DNA from: an uncultured delta proteobacterium
GTDB taxonomy: Bacteria; Desulfobacterota; Binatia; Binatales; Binataceae
Assembly (NCBI GenBank): GCA_963774665.1
Contig: CAVZGB010000010.1
Coordinates: forward strand, 515,677 to 579,676
Reading direction: 5' to 3'
Length of the DNA stretch: 64,000 nt
The notes beneath the pieces are model-generated. The model saw only the letters and a program-made list of their open reading frames with translations, had not been told where the DNA came from and did no database searches. How positions within the stretch are numbered: the first letter of the stretch is position 1; the number at the start of each line of letters is the position of its first letter. Both the position numbers and the translations under genes were made by a program. Shown here piece after piece: positions 63,694 to 64,000 of the stretch.

Positions 63694-64000
63694 TCAGTTG
63701 AGGTATCGGTTGGGTGCGCCGGGCAGCGGCTGACGCTCGGAGAATCCACTGTCGACGCTGTGCCAGGCGATAACCTTTGACTCGCCGAACTGCCAGCAGA
63801 GGAAAACGATGTCGTCGCCGGCGTCGTAGGGGAAATCGATAAGGCCGAGGTCGATGTCCTTGAGGATGCATCCGAAGGATTCGATTTGCTCGGCCGCCTC
63901 GGCCATGTTGGTCGCGAACGACCTCAGTTCGGGATAGCGCCCGACGATTTCGCTCATTTGGGAGTGCAGAATCGAAGGATCGTCGACCGATAATTCCTCG
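63694..64000 (-). CDS. DUF2203-family protein (5' truncated by window edge)
   Basis: KDIDLGLIDFP, LCWQFGE, WH...GF..RQP. Confidence 0.85.
   Translation of the reverse strand, partial: EELSVDDPSILHSQMSEIVGRYPELRSFATNMAEAAEQIESFGCILKDIDLGLIDFPYDAGDDIVFLCWQFGESKVIAWHSVDSGFSERQPLPGAPNRYLN

Overview
GC-rich bacterial chromosomal window. It is tentatively Candidatus Binatia/Binatota-like, which is an inference from gene content and my recollection of one small-protein family. It is mostly housekeeping DNA: glnB, plsY, tRNA-Pro(CGG), rpe, rlpA, rsmB-fmt-def, priA, aroC-aroK-aroB, ileS-lspA, comM, an Opp/Dpp ABC transporter and ffh-rpsP-khpA-rimM-trmD...rplS. Accessory content includes two toxin-antitoxin pairs, an IS481 element with a 6-bp target duplication, two family III CoA-transferases, a desaturase/PaaX pair, two ECF sigma/anti-sigma modules and several secreted repeat proteins. 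More than a dozen genes, including essential ones, carry single-base frameshifts that are most likely sequencing or assembly indels. Main leads: (1) two dispersed copies of a ~90-aa protein with near-invariant ends (MKxxHAxALALVGW...CIATDDPRLK) and a variable core; (2) a ~115-nt structured 5' leader with an RBS-sequestering stem and a possible pseudoknot, upstream of a protease-less Lon N-domain fusion; (3) three matching ECF-type promoters (GTAAACGA-N15-CGTC) that suggest a small regulon of unknown secreted repeat proteins; (4) several families of intergenic palindromic repeats, one copy of which is the IS481 target.
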